Both the position numbers and the translations under genes were made by a program. Source: Escherichia phage CAU_ECP01. From it: a stretch of DNA of 64,000 nt. The DNA lies in sequence record PQ572755.1; one strand, written 5' to 3'. Every line of letters begins with the position of its first letter. Position 1 is the stretch's first letter. The notes beneath the pieces are model-generated. The model saw only the letters and a list, made by a program, of their open reading frames with translations, ran no database searches and was not told the DNA's origin. Shown piece by piece: positions 29,034-38,320 of the stretch.

Positions 29034-29660
29034 ATGTACAAATATACGTTTACCGTACGTTTAGGCGATAAAGAAGTGAATTGTAGAGCCTTTACTTTAA
29101 AAGAATATTTAGGACTCATAGGTGCGCGGGCTACCGGTACTATTGAATCAGCAGTGAACAATATTATCACTAATTGCTCTAATGCTAAAAACTTGACTAA
29201 ACAAGAAGCCGAGCTATTGTTGGTAAATCTGTGGGCACATTCATTAGGTGAAGTGAATCAAGAACACACCTGGAATTGTTCCTGTGGGCATTCATTTCAA
29301 GTCTATATGAATTTATTGCACACTCAATTAGATGAACAGGCGGATCCCTGGTATTCGTTCAGTGGTATTAAAATTAAGTTCCGTCAACCTAAATTATTTG
29401 ATGATAAAAATATCGCATTAATGATTGCTTCATGTATTGAGGCTGTTTTTGTCAATGGAGAGTCCATCCCTGTTGAAGATTTAACTGAAGCAGAAATAAA
29501 CGACCTTTACGGCCTTATAACAGAAGATGACATGATTAATATTAAAAATCTTTTGGTATCACCGTCAATTTATCTGGCAACCCCTATTAAATGTCCCAAA
29601 TGTGGGGCGTCACACGTTCACACAATACGAGGCCTCAAAGAATTCTTTGAGTTACTATAA
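29034..29660 (+). CDS. 26: baseplate hub protein gp26
   Basis: 208 aa as in T4 gp26; Cys motifs (CSC, CPKC). Confidence 0.7.
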   Translation: MYKYTFTVRLGDKEVNCRAFTLKEYLGLIGARATGTIESAVNNIITNCSNAKNLTKQEAELLLVNLWAHSLGEVNQEHTWNCSCGHSFQVYMNLLHTQLDEQADPWYSFSGIKIKFRQPKLFDDKNIALMIASCIEAVFVNGESIPVEDLTEAEINDLYGLITEDDMINIKNLLVSPSIYLATPIKCPKCGASHVHTIRGLKEFFELL

Positions 29661-30058
29661 TGTCTAATATCAATAAACTTTATTCAGATATCGACCCAGA
29701 AATGCGTATGGATTGGAACAAGGACGTTGCTCGTTCTGTAGGACTTCGTTCTATTAAAAATAGTCTTCTTGGTATAGTGACAACTAGAAAAGGCTCACGC
29801 CCCTTCGACCCTGAATTTGGATGCGATTTGGTTGATGAACTTTTCGAGAACATGACACCACTTACAGCCGATACGATTGAGCGTAATATCCAGGCAGCTG
29901 TTCGTAACTATGAGCCACGCATCGACAAACTTTCTGTAAGTGTAACGCCAGTATATGATGACTATACAGTTATAGTAGAGATTAGATTTTCGGTCGTAGA
30001 CAACCCTGATGATATCGAACAAATCAAACTTCAGTTAGCGTCAAGCAATAGAGTGTAA
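29660..30058 (+). CDS. 25: baseplate wedge protein gp25
   Basis: 132 aa; nearly identical to T4 gp25 (INKLYSDIDPEMRMDWNKDV...DIEQIKLQLASSNRV). Confidence 0.9.
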   Translation: MSNINKLYSDIDPEMRMDWNKDVARSVGLRSIKNSLLGIVTTRKGSRPFDPEFGCDLVDELFENMTPLTADTIERNIQAAVRNYEPRIDKLSVSVTPVYDDYTVIVEIRFSVVDNPDDIEQIKLQLASSNRV

Positions 30059-30138
30059 TGCTTCAAGGCAACCTATGTATAATGGTTTTAGGTCCTTCCG
30101 ATACAGCCGGGAGATTATTAGTTAAAAGAGAGAACATT

Positions 30139-30552
30139 ATGAAGCTGGAAGATTTACAGGAAGAGTTAGACGCAGACTTAGCTATTGATACGACAAAGTT
30201 GCAATATGAGACGGCGAATAATGTTAAGTTATACAGCAAATGGCTACGTAAGCACTCATTTATTCGTAAAGAAATGTTGCGTATAGAGACTCAGAAGAAA
30301 ACTGCTCTAAAAGCAAGATTAGACTACTACTCGGGACGAGGTGATGGTGATGAATTCAGTATGGACCGATATGAGAAATCTGAAATGAAAACTGTCCTGG
30401 CTGCAGATAAAGATGTGCTTAAAATAGAGACTACTTTACAATACTGGGGAATTTTACTTGAGTTCTGTAGTGGTGCACTTGATGCAGTCAAGTCTCGTAG
30501 TTTTGCACTTAAACATATTCAAGATATGCGAGAATTTGAAGCGGGGCAATAA
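30139..30552 (+). CDS. uvsY: recombination mediator UvsY
   Basis: 137 aa from ATG 30139; MKLEDLQEEL...LQYETANNV...YWGILLEFCSGALDAVKSR matches T4 UvsY; the track ORF start at 30058 is an upstream in-frame extension. Confidence 0.9.
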   Translation: MKLEDLQEELDADLAIDTTKLQYETANNVKLYSKWLRKHSFIRKEMLRIETQKKTALKARLDYYSGRGDGDEFSMDRYEKSEMKTVLAADKDVLKIETTLQYWGILLEFCSGALDAVKSRSFALKHIQDMREFEAGQ

Positions 30553-30776
30553 TGCGTTATTCAATTGAAGATGCCTTTAATAATGATGAAGAATTTGAAA
30601 CTGAAATTAAATTCTTAATGGAAAAGTATCGTCTACGACGTCAGGATATTCGTATCCTGGCAGACCATCCTTGTGGCGAAGACGTCCTTTATATTAAAGG
30701 GAAGTTTGCTGGGTATATCGACGAGTATTTTTATACAAAAGATATGGGTATCGATATGTGCATGCGAGTGGTATAA
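30552..30776 (+). CDS. hypothetical protein (uvsY-downstream)
   Basis: 74-aa ORF overlapping uvsY stop. Confidence 0.45.
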   Translation: MRYSIEDAFNNDEEFETEIKFLMEKYRLRRQDIRILADHPCGEDVLYIKGKFAGYIDEYFYTKDMGIDMCMRVV

Positions 30777-30779
30777 ATA
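30772..30779 (+). promoter_or_regulatory. late promoter (TATAAATA)
   Basis: Exact TATAAATA 30 nt upstream of the 55-aa ORF. Confidence 0.45.
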
Positions 30780-30808
30780 GATATGTAATTTCAACTTAGG
30801 AGGCAATC

Positions 30809-30976
30809 ATGTCAGATAAGATTTGTGTTGTCTGTAAAACTCCAATCGATTCTGCATTGGTTGTTGAAACAGACAAAGGTCCAGCACATCCTGGTCCTTG
30901 TTATAATTATGTACAACAATTGCCGGTTTCAGAAAGTTCAGAAGAGCAATTGAACGAAACCCAACTTTTACTATAG
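30809..30976 (+). CDS. small Cys-containing protein (55 aa), below the ORF-track threshold
   Basis: ATG 30809 to TAG 30976 with AGGAGG SD; CxxC...C motif (CVVCKTP...GPC). Confidence 0.4.
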   Translation: MSDKICVVCKTPIDSALVVETDKGPAHPGPCYNYVQQLPVSESSEEQLNETQLLL

Positions 30977-31002
30977 TGTTACCTTTTTTGCCTATGGTTT
31001 TT

Positions 31003-31032
31003 GGCCCTTCCAAAAAGGTCGGGCCTTTTTTT
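31003..31032 (+). terminator. intrinsic terminator (GGCCC...GGGCC plus T7) between convergent genes
   Basis: 5-bp GC stem with 13-nt loop followed by TTTTTTT 31026-31032. Confidence 0.6.
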
Positions 31033-31034
31033 AA

Positions 31035-31268
31035 TTAGAAGTCTTCTTCCACATCCTCATCATCGTCGCCTTCAAGTTCGGCACGCTTACCTGCTAAGGC
31101 ATCCCTGACAGAAATATCATCTGTATCTTTTAATTCCGTTTCTTTTATACGTTTCTTATAATAAGCTTCCAATTCTTCAAGCCCTTCTAGGGTATGACAA
31201 CTAGCAATTTTACCCATGAATTCGTCAATAGATGCTTCGTATAAAAATTGTTTAAATTCAAGTACCAT
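31035..31268 (-). CDS. uvsW.1: UvsW.1-like small acidic protein
   Basis: 77 aa, acidic C-terminus; immediately downstream of uvsW as in T4. Confidence 0.6.
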   Translation of the reverse strand: MVLEFKQFLYEASIDEFMGKIASCHTLEGLEELEAYYKKRIKETELKDTDDISVRDALAGKRAELEGDDDEDVEEDF

Positions 31269-31279
31269 TTTTATCTCCT

Positions 31280-31295
31280 AAGGGCCGAAGCCCTT
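31280..31295 (-). other. UUCG-tetraloop stem-loop (AAGGGC-UUCG-GCCCUU) between uvsW and uvsW.1
   Basis: Overlaps the uvsW stop codon and sits directly 5-prime of the uvsW.1 SD; no U-tract. Confidence 0.45.
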
Positions 31296-32808
31296 ATAAA
31301 TTAATTGTTTTCATTACATAGTTAAATTTCTCATCAGCGTAACGCTGGATACGATCAATACCGTGTTTTAACAAGTAATTAAGATGAGTATACTTCTTTT
31401 TAGTATTTAATGATTTAGGTTTTACACCTGCGTCATCGATGAGATCCCAAACTGTAGCAACAGCTTTAGAACCATGCTTACGAAGCACACGACCTACTGT
31501 TTGAAGTACGATAATTTTTGATTTAACACCATGGGCAAAAATAACATGATGAAGATTCTTGACTGAAATACCGGTAGAGAATACTCCATATGATGCGACA
31601 ATAATAATGCCTTTACCATTTTCTGCCATGACTTTAAGCGCGTTACGTGTTTCAGTATCAACTTCACCTGATACGTAATAAACTTTTTCGTATCCAAGCT
31701 CTTTAATAGCTTCAAATATTTCTTTACCGTGTGTAACATGTTTAAACATTACAAAGGCGTTCTCGTCTTTCTTGGCTAATTTGACTGAAAGTTGAGCAAT
31801 CCACTTTGTACGACGTTTTAGTCCGGTAATAATTTTAACTTCTTCTTGGTATGTTTTACCTTTTAATTTGGTGGCGAATTCGTCTGGATAACGAAGGAAA
31901 ATACTATTAATCTTAAGCTCAGTTACCTGTCCGTCTTCCATTAATTTAGACGTGCTAACAGGACGGAAGATTTCGCCGAACATACCTACGTACTGCATTA
32001 CATTGGCTTTTCCGTCTCTTAATGAGCCAGATAAACCGAATTTAAACATGCAATTATTTAATCCTGAGATGATTGAAGAAATACTTTTGCCTGTTGCTAA
32101 GTGGCATTCATCGTTCATCATCATACCGAACTGAGAGAACCATTCTTTAGGCTGCTTAACTACCGTTTGCCATGTGCCAACAATAATTGGAGCGTCGTTT
32201 TTAGCTCTGTCTGCTTTATCAGCACCACCGCCAATTTTCTTAATCATCGAATGACTAAACAAGCGATAATCAACAAAATCATTAGCCATCTGGGTTGTCA
32301 ATGCTGTTGTAGGGACGATAATGAGAATTTTACCTTCATAGTTCTCTAGATAATACCGAGATAAAAGTGCTTGGATTAGTGATTTACCTGCTGATGTCGG
32401 AAGGTTTAAAATTCGACGACGATTAACTAGTCCTTCATATACTGCATCTTTTTGATACCAATGTGGTTCGATTTTGGCGTTGCCCGAATAAATTTCTTGT
32501 TTAGAAAGCCACGCGTCAAAATCTTCCCTGGTAAGGTCTTCAGTCTCAAAGATTTTAGGGTCAATCCATATAGAATAACTCATATTGTTACAGAACTTTT
32601 TTATTTGTCCTACAAGACCATATGGTAACAAACGATTGTAATCTAAAAGTCGAATTCTACCATCCCATTGCCCATAGCGATATTTTGGGTTAAATTTATA
32701 CCCGTCGGCTTCAAAGCTAAAAAAGTCACGAAGTTCGTAAAACGTACTTTCGTCGCATTCAATGCGAACGTGACTAAAATCATAAAAATGTACTTTAATG
32801 TCAGTCAT
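31294..32808 (-). CDS. uvsW: DNA/RNA helicase UvsW (SF2)
   Basis: 504 aa; Walker A GKS, DExH-like MMMNDECH; T4 UvsW-like. Confidence 0.9.
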   Translation of the reverse strand: MTDIKVHFYDFSHVRIECDESTFYELRDFFSFEADGYKFNPKYRYGQWDGRIRLLDYNRLLPYGLVGQIKKFCNNMSYSIWIDPKIFETEDLTREDFDAWLSKQEIYSGNAKIEPHWYQKDAVYEGLVNRRRILNLPTSAGKSLIQALLSRYYLENYEGKILIIVPTTALTTQMANDFVDYRLFSHSMIKKIGGGADKADRAKNDAPIIVGTWQTVVKQPKEWFSQFGMMMNDECHLATGKSISSIISGLNNCMFKFGLSGSLRDGKANVMQYVGMFGEIFRPVSTSKLMEDGQVTELKINSIFLRYPDEFATKLKGKTYQEEVKIITGLKRRTKWIAQLSVKLAKKDENAFVMFKHVTHGKEIFEAIKELGYEKVYYVSGEVDTETRNALKVMAENGKGIIIVASYGVFSTGISVKNLHHVIFAHGVKSKIIVLQTVGRVLRKHGSKAVATVWDLIDDAGVKPKSLNTKKKYTHLNYLLKHGIDRIQRYADEKFNYVMKTINL

Positions 32809-32837
32809 GTCAAATTACCATGTAATAAATATAGTTA

Positions 32838-32845
32838 TATTTATA
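32838..32845 (-). promoter_or_regulatory. late promoter (TATAAATA) for uvsW
   Basis: TATTTATA on the plus strand about 30 nt upstream of the uvsW start. Confidence 0.5.
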
Positions 32846-32858
32846 ATGAGGAAATACT

Positions 32859-33527
32859 ATGATCGATAAAGACTATATTGAAGAGTTACGTGCTCTTTCC
32901 GATAAAAAGGAAGCCAAAGCTAAACTGTTCGAATATGCGAAACAATTTGGCATTAGTGTTAAGAAAACAAAATCATTCGATAATATTGTTATTGATATCG
33001 AAGAAGCTCTTAACGCACTGGCTGATGAACCGTTACCTGAAACTGATGGATTATCTATCACCGATTTAATTACTGCCGCGGATGATGTGGACGGTGTTAA
33101 TTTCACCAACGAAGAAGTTAAAGAAGAAGCTATTCTGTTGTTTGATTCTCCAACAGAACACGTTGAAGTATTAGAAGTTGTCGAACAAGAAAAAGAATTC
33201 GACCATGATAAATTTGAAGAAGCAATTACTAAGGTTGTTGAATCTGAAAAAGAGCCTGAGACAGAGGTAAATAAAGAAGTAAAATTTGTTCTGCCTGAAA
33301 ATTTTAGTCCTACACTCATTAAATTAGGCAAAGGTCCAGGATATGTTACTGTTCCTTGGTGGATTTATCAATGGATAGCCGAAACACCTGATTGGAAATC
33401 TCACCCAACGAGTTTTGTGCATGCTTCTGCTCACCAAACATTATTTAGCTTAATTTATTATATTAATCGCGATGGATCAGTTCTAATTCGTGAAACTCGT
33501 AATTCTTCTTTCGTAACATTAAAATAA
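32859..33527 (+). CDS. inh: acidic protein, possibly Inh (prohead protease inhibitor)
   Basis: 222 aa, very acidic; position between uvsW and hoc as recalled for T4 inh; identity not verified. Confidence 0.45.
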   Translation: MIDKDYIEELRALSDKKEAKAKLFEYAKQFGISVKKTKSFDNIVIDIEEALNALADEPLPETDGLSITDLITAADDVDGVNFTNEEVKEEAILLFDSPTEHVEVLEVVEQEKEFDHDKFEEAITKVVESEKEPETEVNKEVKFVLPENFSPTLIKLGKGPGYVTVPWWIYQWIAETPDWKSHPTSFVHASAHQTLFSLIYYINRDGSVLIRETRNSSFVTLK

Positions 33528-33536
33528 GGATAACTT

Positions 33537-34952
33537 ATGGCATTCACTGTCACGTTATCTCCTTTAACTCCTACAGGGGTTATTGGAGGTTCACAAACAT
33601 TCACTGCTACACCTGCAGGTGAAAGTCCAGATGGTACTATTACATACGTCTGGACTGTAGATGATATAGCACAGGAGTCTACGGCTGCTACAATGGATTA
33701 TACTCTTGCTTCTCCAGCAGGAACAAAAAAAATTAAAGTGGTTGCAACTAATACACTTTCCGCAGGAGATCCGGAAATAGCTGAAGCGTCAACAACTATC
33801 ACTGTTAATAAGAAAGAAAATAATTCTACCGTCGCTGTTACTCCGGCTTCTCCGGCTGCAGTAGAAATTGGAACAGCAACAACATTCACTGCTAATGTAA
33901 GTAATCAACCTAGTGGTGCTGCTATTGCTTATACATGGAAAGTTGACGGGGTCGCTGCTGATGGTCAAAAGCAATCAACCTTTGAATATACACCAACATC
34001 TGAAGGAACTAAGTCTATAACTTGCTCCGTCACAGTAACTGCAACTGATTACGTTGATAAAACAGTAGAATCATCAGCGGTTTCTTTGACTGTAAATAAA
34101 AAGGCTAATTCTTCAACACTAAAAATTACGCCTGAGTCTCCGACTACGGTCTTTGGTGTTCCTATTACTTTAACTGCAAATGTCTCTAGTGCACCCTCAG
34201 GTGCTACTACATCATTCCAGTGGTCAATGGATGACAGTAATATTCCGGATGCAACTTCTGCTACATATAAATTCACTCCAACCGAGGTCGGAAGTAAAAC
34301 TCTTAAATGCACTGTATCTGTTTCTGCAACAAATTATGTTACAAAAGAAATTTCAGCAGAAGCAACAGTAGTAACTAATAATGCGACATTTAATAGTGCC
34401 ACCATTTCTTTATCTCCGCCATCAGTTAATACTACTGTTGGTGGAACTGCAACTTTAACAGCATCTGTTACTGGTGCTCCAGGTGATACTAATATTGTGT
34501 ATTCTTGGAAGAAAGACAACGTAGCAGAAAGTAATTCTACCAATACTTACAGTATTGATACCTCCTCAGCTGGTACTCATACAATTAAAGTTGAAGCAGT
34601 ATTAACTAAAGATAATTATACTCCAAAGACAATTAGTTCAACCGCTGAAGTTGTTATTGCTGAACGGACTCCAATTGAACCAGAAGGTGAATTACCTTAT
34701 GTTCATCCTCTTCCACACCGTACTTCAGCTTACATTTGGTGTGGTTGGTGGGTTATGGATGAAATCCAAAAAATGACTGAAGAAGGTAAAGATTGGAAAA
34801 TCGACGATCCGGGTAGTAAGTACTACTTGCATCGTTATACGCTTCAGAAGATGATGAAAGACTATCCAGAAGTTGATGTTCAAGAATCACGTAATGGATA
34901 CATCATTCATAAAACTGCGCTAGAAACTGGTATCATTTATACATATCCATAA
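33537..34952 (+). CDS. hoc: outer capsid decoration protein Hoc with four tandem Ig-like domains
   Basis: 471 aa; four ~90-aa repeats (TFTA...Y.W.VD...TNYV/TDYV) plus conserved capsid-binding C-terminus. Confidence 0.8.
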   Translation: MAFTVTLSPLTPTGVIGGSQTFTATPAGESPDGTITYVWTVDDIAQESTAATMDYTLASPAGTKKIKVVATNTLSAGDPEIAEASTTITVNKKENNSTVAVTPASPAAVEIGTATTFTANVSNQPSGAAIAYTWKVDGVAADGQKQSTFEYTPTSEGTKSITCSVTVTATDYVDKTVESSAVSLTVNKKANSSTLKITPESPTTVFGVPITLTANVSSAPSGATTSFQWSMDDSNIPDATSATYKFTPTEVGSKTLKCTVSVSATNYVTKEISAEATVVTNNATFNSATISLSPPSVNTTVGGTATLTASVTGAPGDTNIVYSWKKDNVAESNSTNTYSIDTSSAGTHTIKVEAVLTKDNYTPKTISSTAEVVIAERTPIEPEGELPYVHPLPHRTSAYIWCGWWVMDEIQKMTEEGKDWKIDDPGSKYYLHRYTLQKMMKDYPEVDVQESRNGYIIHKTALETGIIYTYP

Positions 34953-34957
34953 TCGTA

Positions 34958-34980
34958 AGGGGCTTCGGCCCCTTTCTTCG
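34958..34980 (+). terminator. intrinsic terminator (AAGGGGC-UUCG-GCCCCUU plus U-rich tail)
   Basis: Hairpin 34958-34975 followed by TCTTCGTTTT. Confidence 0.7.
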
Positions 34981-35046
34981 TTTTAAAGCATATAAACCAC
35001 AACTTGAGATTGATGTATATAATGGCACAAACCAAATAATACTGGA

Positions 35047-35247
35047 TTGATTATGAGAGCTGAAGTTGAAGTTTATACATTACATGAGGCGGGATTTTCA
35101 TTCGTAGAAATTGCTCAAAAAATCGGTTTACAACCTAAAGAAGTTGGATTACTATGGACTAAAGCCGAGACAGCTCGGTCAAAGTTTAAAGCAAAAGAAA
35201 AAGTTGTATACCGTAAACGTCTGATTAATAAAAAGGTGAAGAAATGA
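35047..35247 (+). CDS. small helix-turn-helix-like protein
   Basis: 66 aa; HTH-like segment GFSFVEIAQKIGLQPKEVG; basic C-terminus. Confidence 0.4.
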   Translation: MIMRAEVEVYTLHEAGFSFVEIAQKIGLQPKEVGLLWTKAETARSKFKAKEKVVYRKRLINKKVKK

Positions 35248-35495
35248 GTTTTGCACAGGAATTAAGAGAAAGGGCTCTGGCCATTAAAGCCAATTTGTTG
35301 AGTGATTTTATTACTAACTTCTCTGTGATGGCAGAGAAAGCCGCTGACAAAGGCCAGACACAATTCACGTACTATCCATCAAAGAATGATTTAACTATCA
35401 CCGAGCAAGTCGGGCAGTGGTTACGTGATAATGGCTTTCAGTACAAAATTAATCACGACCAACGTGATGGTCATTGGATAGAAATCAAGTTCTAA
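35244..35495 (+). CDS. hypothetical protein
   Basis: 83-aa ORF overlapping the previous stop. Confidence 0.4.
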   Translation: MSFAQELRERALAIKANLLSDFITNFSVMAEKAADKGQTQFTYYPSKNDLTITEQVGQWLRDNGFQYKINHDQRDGHWIEIKF

Positions 35496-35497
35496 TA

Positions 35498-35523
35498 TGC
35501 TTTACATTTTTTGATGGTATAAT
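35498..35523 (+). promoter_or_regulatory. MotA-dependent middle promoter
   Basis: MotA box TGCTTTA 35498-35504; extended -10 TGGTATAAT 35515-35523; shares TAATATGCTTTAC with the gene 31 middle promoter. Confidence 0.55.
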
Positions 35524-35614
35524 GAATCTAGGTTCTATCCATTCAAATTAAACATCGGGTCGGAGATAGAGTCTCTGCTAATTATTTTGATATTATTATT
35601 TATAATGGTGATTT

Positions 35615-36622
35615 ATGTTTAAGAAATACAGCAGTCTTGAAAACCACTACAACTCTAAGTTTATTGAAAAACTCTACACTAATGGTTTGACTACTGGTGT
35701 TTGGGTAGCACGTGAGAAAATCCATGGGACCAACTTCTCGTTAATAATTGAACGTGACAACGTCACATGCGCCAAGCGCACAGGCCCTATTCTTCCAGCA
35801 GAAGATTTTTATGGTTATGAAATCGTACTCAAGAAGTATGATAAGGCTATTAAAGGTGTTCAAGAAGTCATGGACAGTATTTCAACTTCAGTGCCGGTGA
35901 CATATCAAGTCTTTGGTGAATTCGCTGGTGGTGGAATTCAGAAAGGTGTTGACTACGGTGAAAAAGATTTCTATGTATTCGATATCATCATAAACACGGA
36001 AAGCGGTGATACTTATTACATGAGTGATTACGAAATGCAAGATTTCTGTAATACGTTTGGTTTTAAAATGGCACCAATGCTTGGACGTGGAACATTTGAT
36101 GCTCTTATCACGATTCAAAACGACCTTGATTCCGTCTTAGCCGCTTATAACGCTACGGCATCGGAAGACCTTGTAGAAGCAAATAATTGCGTATTTGATG
36201 CTAATGTTATTGGTGATAATACCGCAGAAGGTTATGTTCTGAAGCCTTGTTTCCCTAAATGGCTGCCAAACGGTACTCGTGTAGCGATTAAGTGCAAGAA
36301 CTCTAAATTCAGTGAAAAGAAAAAGTCTGATAAGCCTATTAAAACTCAGGTTCCATTAACCGAAATTGACAAAAACTTGCTTGATGTTCTAGCTTGTTAT
36401 GTTACATTAAATCGTGTTAACAATGTGATTTCTAAGATTGGGACAGTAACTCCGAAAGATTTTGGCAAAGTGATGGGATTGACTGTTCAAGATATTCTGG
36501 AAGAAACTTCTCGTGAAGGCATTGTATTAACATCATCTGATAATCCGAATCTTGTTAAGAAAGAATTAGTCCGAATGGTGCAAGATGTTCTGCGTCCTGC
36601 ATGGATTGAATTAGTATCATAA
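35615..36622 (+). CDS. rnlB: RNA ligase 2
   Basis: 335 aa; [21 protein letters not shown]...[18 protein letters not shown] matches T4 Rnl2 closely. Confidence 0.9.
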   Translation: MFKKYSSLENHYNSKFIEKLYTNGLTTGVWVAREKIHGTNFSLIIERDNVTCAKRTGPILPAEDFYGYEIVLKKYDKAIKGVQEVMDSISTSVPVTYQVFGEFAGGGIQKGVDYGEKDFYVFDIIINTESGDTYYMSDYEMQDFCNTFGFKMAPMLGRGTFDALITIQNDLDSVLAAYNATASEDLVEANNCVFDANVIGDNTAEGYVLKPCFPKWLPNGTRVAIKCKNSKFSEKKKSDKPIKTQVPLTEIDKNLLDVLACYVTLNRVNNVISKIGTVTPKDFGKVMGLTVQDILEETSREGIVLTSSDNPNLVKKELVRMVQDVLRPAWIELVS

Positions 36623-36624
36623 CG

Positions 36625-36656
36625 AAAAAAGGGGACCTTTACGGTCCCCTTTTTTT
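36625..36656. terminator. bidirectional intrinsic terminator (A6-GGGGACC-uuuac-GGUCCCC-T7)
   Basis: 7-bp GC stem flanked by A-run and T-run, between convergent rnlB and gene 24. Confidence 0.8.
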
Positions 36657-37939
36657 CATTCATCTATAATAATTTTAGGCAATTTAACACCAAGTAAAAC
36701 AGACAAGTCTGAACGTCCTGCCATTTTATCCATGTCCCCGCCATCAATTATTCTCGCTTCTTTTTCGTCTTTTGCTACTGTGTAAGGATTTGCTGATAAA
36801 GCGTATCTAACCAATAAACCAATAGACGGTTGCAAGCTTTCTGGATCAACTACAACTTTAAATGCACCAACATGTTCAGGGTCATCTAAGTCGAGACCTT
36901 CTGTATACGGGGCATAGAAAATTGATCCAACAATTTCTTTTTCACCGATATTTTCTACTACGCCAACGATCACATAATCTAATGGACTGTTAGTATCGCA
37001 ATAAAGCGGTAAACCATTAGCTAAGAACCCGTAAGCATTTTGTGAAAGATACTTATCATCTTCTGGTTTATGTTTTAACCAACCTGAAGCAGCAAGAATA
37101 GCAGCTGCACGAGCTGAAGCTACACAAAACGTCGCAGTATAAGTTGACTCTTTTTGAATGTGTGATACCATTTCACACACCATTCGATATAACGAACGAC
37201 CTGCTTCTGGAGCGGATGCATAGCTCAAGTCAATAAATCCGGTGTCAGTAATTCCAGTAACTTTATAACGTTTCGATACCGTAATTAAAGACTGAAGAAT
37301 ATCTTTATTAATTTCATCAGCCATTTCAGTAGCAAGCAAATCTTCTAAGAAGTTAGGGGCATCAAATCCATTCGCTTCCAAATCTTGCGCTAATTCAACC
37401 GTGAGGCCGGTTTTAAGTTTACGAGATTTGACTGAAGTTTGCCATTTATTAATTTGGAATCTTGCATCAGAAATTTCGCTACCGGAGCTTTCAAATTTGC
37501 TTGTCACCGCTGCATCTGAAAATAACCGTACCTTTAAATGAACAACTGCAATCTGAAGAGCTAATTCTAGATCACTTTCTTGAATATCTGCAAATGGTGT
37601 ATCTTCTAGCACTTTATAGACGATATTATTATATTTGAAAAAATCGCCTTTATTTAGTGTGACTTTTGATTCTTCTGTGAGCTCGGTAATTTTTTCTCGG
37701 TCTACATATCCAGCTTCACCTGCATAAGTAGCACCAGTTTTAAACGTTAATTCGTTGTCTGGGTTAAGATATTTAATACCATAAAAAGCAGCAACAGGTT
37801 GATTAGTTCTTTGTGTTGCTACAATGTCAGAATATATTAATTTAGTCGTAGCGCGAGTCAAAGCAACGAGATTTGGGCGACCGATTGAGTTGCTAGTAGA
37901 CGTTGTAGATTCACGCAATAATTTTTGGATTTTACTCAT
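36656..37939 (-). CDS. 24: head vertex protein gp24
   Basis: 427 aa; near-identical to T4 gp24 from memory. Confidence 0.9.
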   Translation of the reverse strand: MSKIQKLLRESTTSTSNSIGRPNLVALTRATTKLIYSDIVATQRTNQPVAAFYGIKYLNPDNELTFKTGATYAGEAGYVDREKITELTEESKVTLNKGDFFKYNNIVYKVLEDTPFADIQESDLELALQIAVVHLKVRLFSDAAVTSKFESSGSEISDARFQINKWQTSVKSRKLKTGLTVELAQDLEANGFDAPNFLEDLLATEMADEINKDILQSLITVSKRYKVTGITDTGFIDLSYASAPEAGRSLYRMVCEMVSHIQKESTYTATFCVASARAAAILAASGWLKHKPEDDKYLSQNAYGFLANGLPLYCDTNSPLDYVIVGVVENIGEKEIVGSIFYAPYTEGLDLDDPEHVGAFKVVVDPESLQPSIGLLVRYALSANPYTVAKDEKEARIIDGGDMDKMAGRSDLSVLLGVKLPKIIIDE

Positions 37940-37958
37940 TGCATTTTTTCCTTATGTG

Positions 37959-37966
37959 ATATAGAT
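37959..37966 (-). promoter_or_regulatory. late promoter (TATAAATA) for gene 24
   Basis: TATTTATA on the plus strand 20 nt upstream of the gene 24 start. Confidence 0.6.
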
Positions 37967-37980
37967 TATTTATAAAGATT

Positions 37981-38010
37981 GTTTACAACGTATTTGGTAT
38001 GTGATACTAT
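37981..38010 (+). promoter_or_regulatory. T4-type early promoter
   Basis: GTTTAC 37981-37986, 18-bp spacer, TACTAT 38005-38010. Confidence 0.6.
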
Positions 38011-38040
38011 AGACTTATCAACTACAGAGGAGTAAACAAA

Positions 38041-38310
38041 ATGACTAAAGCACGTTTCTTACGAGATACTTTAAAAGTTCTGGAAGCTGAAGCAGTTAAG
38101 TTAGTAGAAAAATATGGTGCAAAAGTTAATGGTAATGCCTTCAACAAAGTATGGATGAAAGTTGATTCTGAAGCTCGAGCTAAAGGTTATTGGGCCACTG
38201 ATAAACTTGCATCATTCAAAAACAAAAACGGTTCTCCGGCATATGTCCAAGAAGGTATGCCTAATTGGCAAAATATTTTGAAAACTTACATCGAAATTGC
38301 ACAGAAATAA
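38041..38310 (+). CDS. hypothetical protein, opposite-strand gene between 24 and 23
   Basis: 89-aa ORF with GAGGAG SD, own early promoter and a shared terminator. Confidence 0.45.
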   Translation: MTKARFLRDTLKVLEAEAVKLVEKYGAKVNGNAFNKVWMKVDSEARAKGYWATDKLASFKNKNGSPAYVQEGMPNWQNILKTYIEIAQK

Positions 38311-38320
38311 AACCAAAAAT

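Noticed and set aside
32873-33331. 152-aa Ser-rich minus-strand ORF inside the inh-like gene
   Set aside because: Low-complexity antisense frame of an acidic gene; no translation signals.
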